Below, piece by piece: positions 58,773-64,000 of a stretch of DNA of 64,000 nt. Within the stretch, counting starts at the first letter, position 1, and each line of letters starts with the position of its first letter. This DNA is from Oculina patagonica (lineage: Eukaryota). The notes beneath the pieces are model-generated. The model was not told the DNA's origin and did no database searches. It was given only the letters and a program-made list of their open reading frames with translations. The position numbers were made by a program, and so were the translations under genes. The DNA is taken from positions 33,728,001 through 33,792,000 of the forward strand of contig NC_135762.1 of NCBI RefSeq assembly GCF_052425735.1, given 5' to 3'.

Positions 58773-59580
58773 GAAAAATGCTCCACCGTCCCTGGAACAG
58801 AGTTTCTACAACTTAGATCTTGGTAACCGGGCTGGCCCATCTTCTCATACAAACACAATGAAATTTCTGGCAAGGAAATAGGAGTGGGGCAAGATCTCAG
58901 TAACTGGGCCAGCCCATTGAACCAGGCTCATAGGAGCTAGGTCCTGAGGTACATTTTTTTATAATTCAGTATAGGTGCTGTCCCCTAGTGGCATTTAAAT
59001 GAGATAATGGGAAGGTGTGGCAGTTATTGAAAAGTTGCAAATAGGTTGATTCATTGGAAGAAAGCAACCATTTTCTGGCACAAAACTGCTGCATGGTGCT
59101 TAGAGCAAGTACTAAACAATTGTTTTTGGGTTGAGTGAGTCTGAGGTTAAACCCCAGACTCAATCGACCCATAACCAATTGGTTAACCTTCATTATAAAC
59201 CAAAGGCCGAAAAGGAGCCTTAACCCAACACTTAGTTTTACTGTAGTAGCTTGTAGTTGTAACTCCTAATATCAACATTTAGTGATTTTTTTTATGCTTG
59301 TACTCGGAAGCAGCTGTCATTTAAAATAGAAAGCCGTCTAAAAGTACACGGTCATTACCGTTCAAGTGATTTACAAACTGACTTTGTTCTTCAGTTAAGC
59401 TAAAGGAGAAATCTTTTAAAACATCTTTGATTATTAGTTTTAATATTTTATCGCACAGATGATAACTCATAAATGAATCCATTCATTCAAAACCTACAGA
59501 TCACTGATCAAGAAAATCCTGCACTGTCTTTGTACTCACCCATCTTGTTCTTCTTTAGTGAGCTTCTTCAGAACTGACAT
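50472..59580 (-). CDS. HDAC11: Histone deacetylase 11 (class IV HDAC), ~368 aa, 14 exons
   Basis: Exons 5'->3': 59540-59580, 57460-57608, 57133-57233, 56750-56866, 56210-56252, 55532-55608, 55084-55146, 54072-54168, 53279-53348, 52964-53019, 52691-52743, 51619-51705, 50827-50908, 50472-50542 (TAA). Motifs WPIVYS..YNI.FLGLERLHPFD.GKW, GGGFHHC..GGGFCAYAD, IIDLDAHQGNGHE, YNAGTDIL.GDPLG and TSGGYQ; catalytic His-His, Zn ligands and Tyr are intact. First and last exons are the least certain. Confidence 0.95.
50983..51242. mobile_element. Degenerate TA-target MITE
   Basis: ta|CCATAATTA ... TAATTATACGG|ta with TAAACGCC repeats. Confidence 0.6.
51751..52152. mobile_element. TA-target MITE
   Basis: ta|CAGTAAAAACCTGCGTATAAGAACA ... 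TGTTCTTATACGCGGGTTTTTACTG|ta. Confidence 0.85.
53389..53715 (-). mobile_element. tRNA-related retroposon with direct terminal repeats, an inverted end segment and a 14-bp TSD
   Basis: TSD TATAATAGTAGCTA (53375-53388, 53716-53729). 50-bp direct repeat at 53392-53441 and 53631-53680. tRNA-like A/B boxes on the minus strand at ~53460-53522. 53696-53717 is the reverse complement of 53597-53618. Confidence 0.8.
54175..54660 (-). mobile_element. 5'-truncated LINE (L2/CR1-group ORF2 C-terminus and 3' UTR) in an HDAC11 intron
   Basis: FFQSVSSVHQYKTRLASRSTYY...KTNYGKFNI.F.AVKVWN.L...K...FK motif; 3' UTR stem CTCAG...CTGAG. Confidence 0.8.
56320..56627. repeat. 39-bp minisatellite, ~8 copies, in an HDAC11 intron
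   Basis: Unit CAGAATACTGATCTACCGTACATACAATGTACATCTGTG, degenerating rightwards. Confidence 0.95.
58072..58241. mobile_element. Short hAT-like MITE with an apparent 6-bp TSD
   Basis: tatact|CAGGGATTTCAAAA ... TTTTGAAAACCCTG|tatact. Confidence 0.65.
58619..58794. mobile_element. Small TIR element containing a C-run and (CA)n, within an older repeat (~58260-58950)
   Basis: CAGGGACGG ... CCGTCCCTG termini; (CA)n at ~58731-58769. Confidence 0.55.
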
Positions 59581-59694
59581 GTCACGTCTTGTTTGTCGTC
59601 GACAGAAAAGAGAGTGCTTTAAGTCAAGAATAACTGCATGTCGAGAAGCGAAAACAAAACTCGACAAAACAGGAAACAAATCATGCAGCATAGT

Positions 59695-59704
59695 CCGCCA
59701 TTTT
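59695..59704 (-). promoter_or_regulatory. YY1-type motif (AAAATGGCGG) near the HDAC11 5' end
   Basis: Plus strand CCGCCATTTT, ~115 bp upstream of the predicted HDAC11 ATG. Typical of housekeeping promoters and 5' UTRs. Confidence 0.45.
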
Positions 59705-59968
59705 AATTTTCGGATCCAGGGCCTCTCGGCTTCCAGCACTGGGGCTAGGTCGTTTCTTAGGGACGTTGTGTACTGCAACACAGACTGTCTAGTAAATAAG
59801 TCAGTCTTGTTGCCCGGGGGGGGGGGGGGGGTACTCCCATATGTGGCCTATATAGGTATGTGCCGCCCGATAGGGTATGGTTTTTGAGGTTCTCGGTCCT
59901 TAAATAGGGTACCATTTTTGCTCCTTTTGGCAATGTGTTCCCGGTGTGATCCTTAGATAGGGTACCTA

Positions 59969-60460
59969 CCGTAATGATTCGATTTAGCGCCCGGGGCGCT
60001 TATTTACTTTTGGCACCTTTAGGGAGGGCGCTTATTCGAGAGAGGGCGCTAATTCGGGACAGGGCGCTTATTTAATTTTTTGCGAAACAACCAAATGTTT
60101 AAAACAAAACTGTAATATATTTTTAAAATAACTAGCAATAACATAAACTGCAACAGCAAAACTTGTTGAAAGTTCAGTTACTTTTACAAGAATTGTTCAT
60201 TTTAGCAGTAAATGTATACATGTACGGTACGGTGAATGTTCATGAGTTTATCTTTTCCACGTCAACGACTTCAGTAGAGTCAGTTAGCCACAATAGGAGC
60301 GCTTTTAAGAAAAGGGTTGCGTATACGAATGGGGTCGCTTAAAAGAATGGGGGCGCTTATTAGAATAGGGGCGCTTATTAACAAAAACAGATTCGAAGGG
60401 GGGCGCTTATTCGGAAGGGGGCGCTTATTGGAAGGAGGGCGCTTAATCGAATCATTACGG
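59969..60460. mobile_element. TA-target MITE nested in a CCCGGG-initiated repeat (~59813-60745) upstream of HDAC11
   Basis: ta|CCGTAATGATTCGATTTAGCGCCC ... GGGCGCTTAATCGAATCATTACGG|ta with many GGGCGCTTATT repeats. The host repeat (TAGGGT motifs) continues on both sides. Confidence 0.85.
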
Positions 60461-61317
60461 TAAATTCTATTAGCTAAAATAAACGCCCAGCTAAACGATA
60501 AAAAGATATCTTAAACTGAATTTTCTGTTCAGGTATTAGAAAAGCGATTTTATAAAGATTTGTGTCTTGCCGTGCGCGGTTAGCCGTTATTTGGGTCGTC
60601 ACGGAACGCTTCTCCTCCCCTTGAATAGGGTGTCATTTTTCGGTTTTGGGCCCTTAAAAGGGTATCAATTTTCGCTTTCTTAATTTATCCTTAAATAGGG
60701 TCAGGGTTTAAGAACCTTAGCGGCACACCCCTATCCGAAATTTTCTTCGACAAATATTCACTAACGAAATATCAGGCTTCAGGACCGGAGTATACGTAAC
60801 TGTTCTGATGTATCGTGCTAAAAAATGTTTGTCACTGTAGCGTATTTTGCGTATGTAATTATAATTGTGTGAAATGCGCCCGAGAGCTCAGGTGTCTCGG
60901 AAAGAAAGCAGTCACTTAGCAGGCTACTGACCAACCAGAGAAAAAAAAATTAAAAGGACTTTGAGAAAGTCTACGGAGGTGACTAAAAGATAGAAGGCAA
61001 AAATGGAGAATATGTCAATGGGTGGGTAGGGGAGGTGGGTGTGGAATGTAACACATTTTAGAATGAAAAACAGACACCATTTCTACAGACGCTAGCTTTC
61101 TTTATTTATTCAAAGGTGATTTCACTCAGCAGATGAAAAGTAACTTAAACAAAAACAAAACAAAGCACTGAACTAAAATTTTACCACAAGGGCTTTAAGC
61201 CCTGTTCGGATGCGTAATTTTTCTAACTAAATAGTAACTTTTACTTTCGTTTTTTATCCAAAACATTGGTTGGTACGCGTGCGACTGAAAACCACATACG
61301 GGACTTGAAATACACGT

Positions 61318-63860
<2,543 letters not shown>

Positions 63861-64000
63861 CTACAAACAAAAATTCAGCGCAATGAACAAAGTTGATAAG
63901 TTGCAGCAATAAACAACAAACACAACCACGAAAGTGATAAATGATCATCGCAGTGAATTTCCCATTTAAGCAATTGAAATAAAGAAGCCTGAAAAAAAAT

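Overview
Intron-rich, AT-rich animal genomic DNA, most likely an anthozoan cnidarian such as a stony coral (inferred from repeat types and gene structure). I reconstructed six spliced genes by hand from GT-AG junctions with consistent phases. (1) A 5'-partial fibulin-1/2-like gene (+, 1-22272). (2) A complete LMO1/3-like LIM-only gene nested antisense in a fibulin intron (-, 8102-10744). (3) An uncharacterised 15-exon, ~965-aa secreted pro-protein with repeated beta-sandwich units resembling bacterial DUF11/isopeptide-type adhesin repeats and ending in WKCCGN (-, 24932-41890). (4) A RIB43A/RIBC ciliary gene with an upstream X-box (+, 44518-48496). (5) HDAC11 (-, 50472-59580). (6) The 3' end of UBA1 (-, 61318->63860). 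Fibulin, RIBC and HDAC11 echo the human RIBC2-FBLN1 and HDAC11-FBLN2 neighbourhoods, which suggests very ancient microsynteny. Introns carry many mobile elements: tRNA-derived SINEs, LINE 3' ends, TA-, TTAA- and TTA-target MITEs, two Helentron/DINE-type elements, Crypton-like hairpin elements, and a Penelope fragment with an intact-looking hammerhead ribozyme. Coordinates were counted by hand and may be off by a few bases. No database searches were run.
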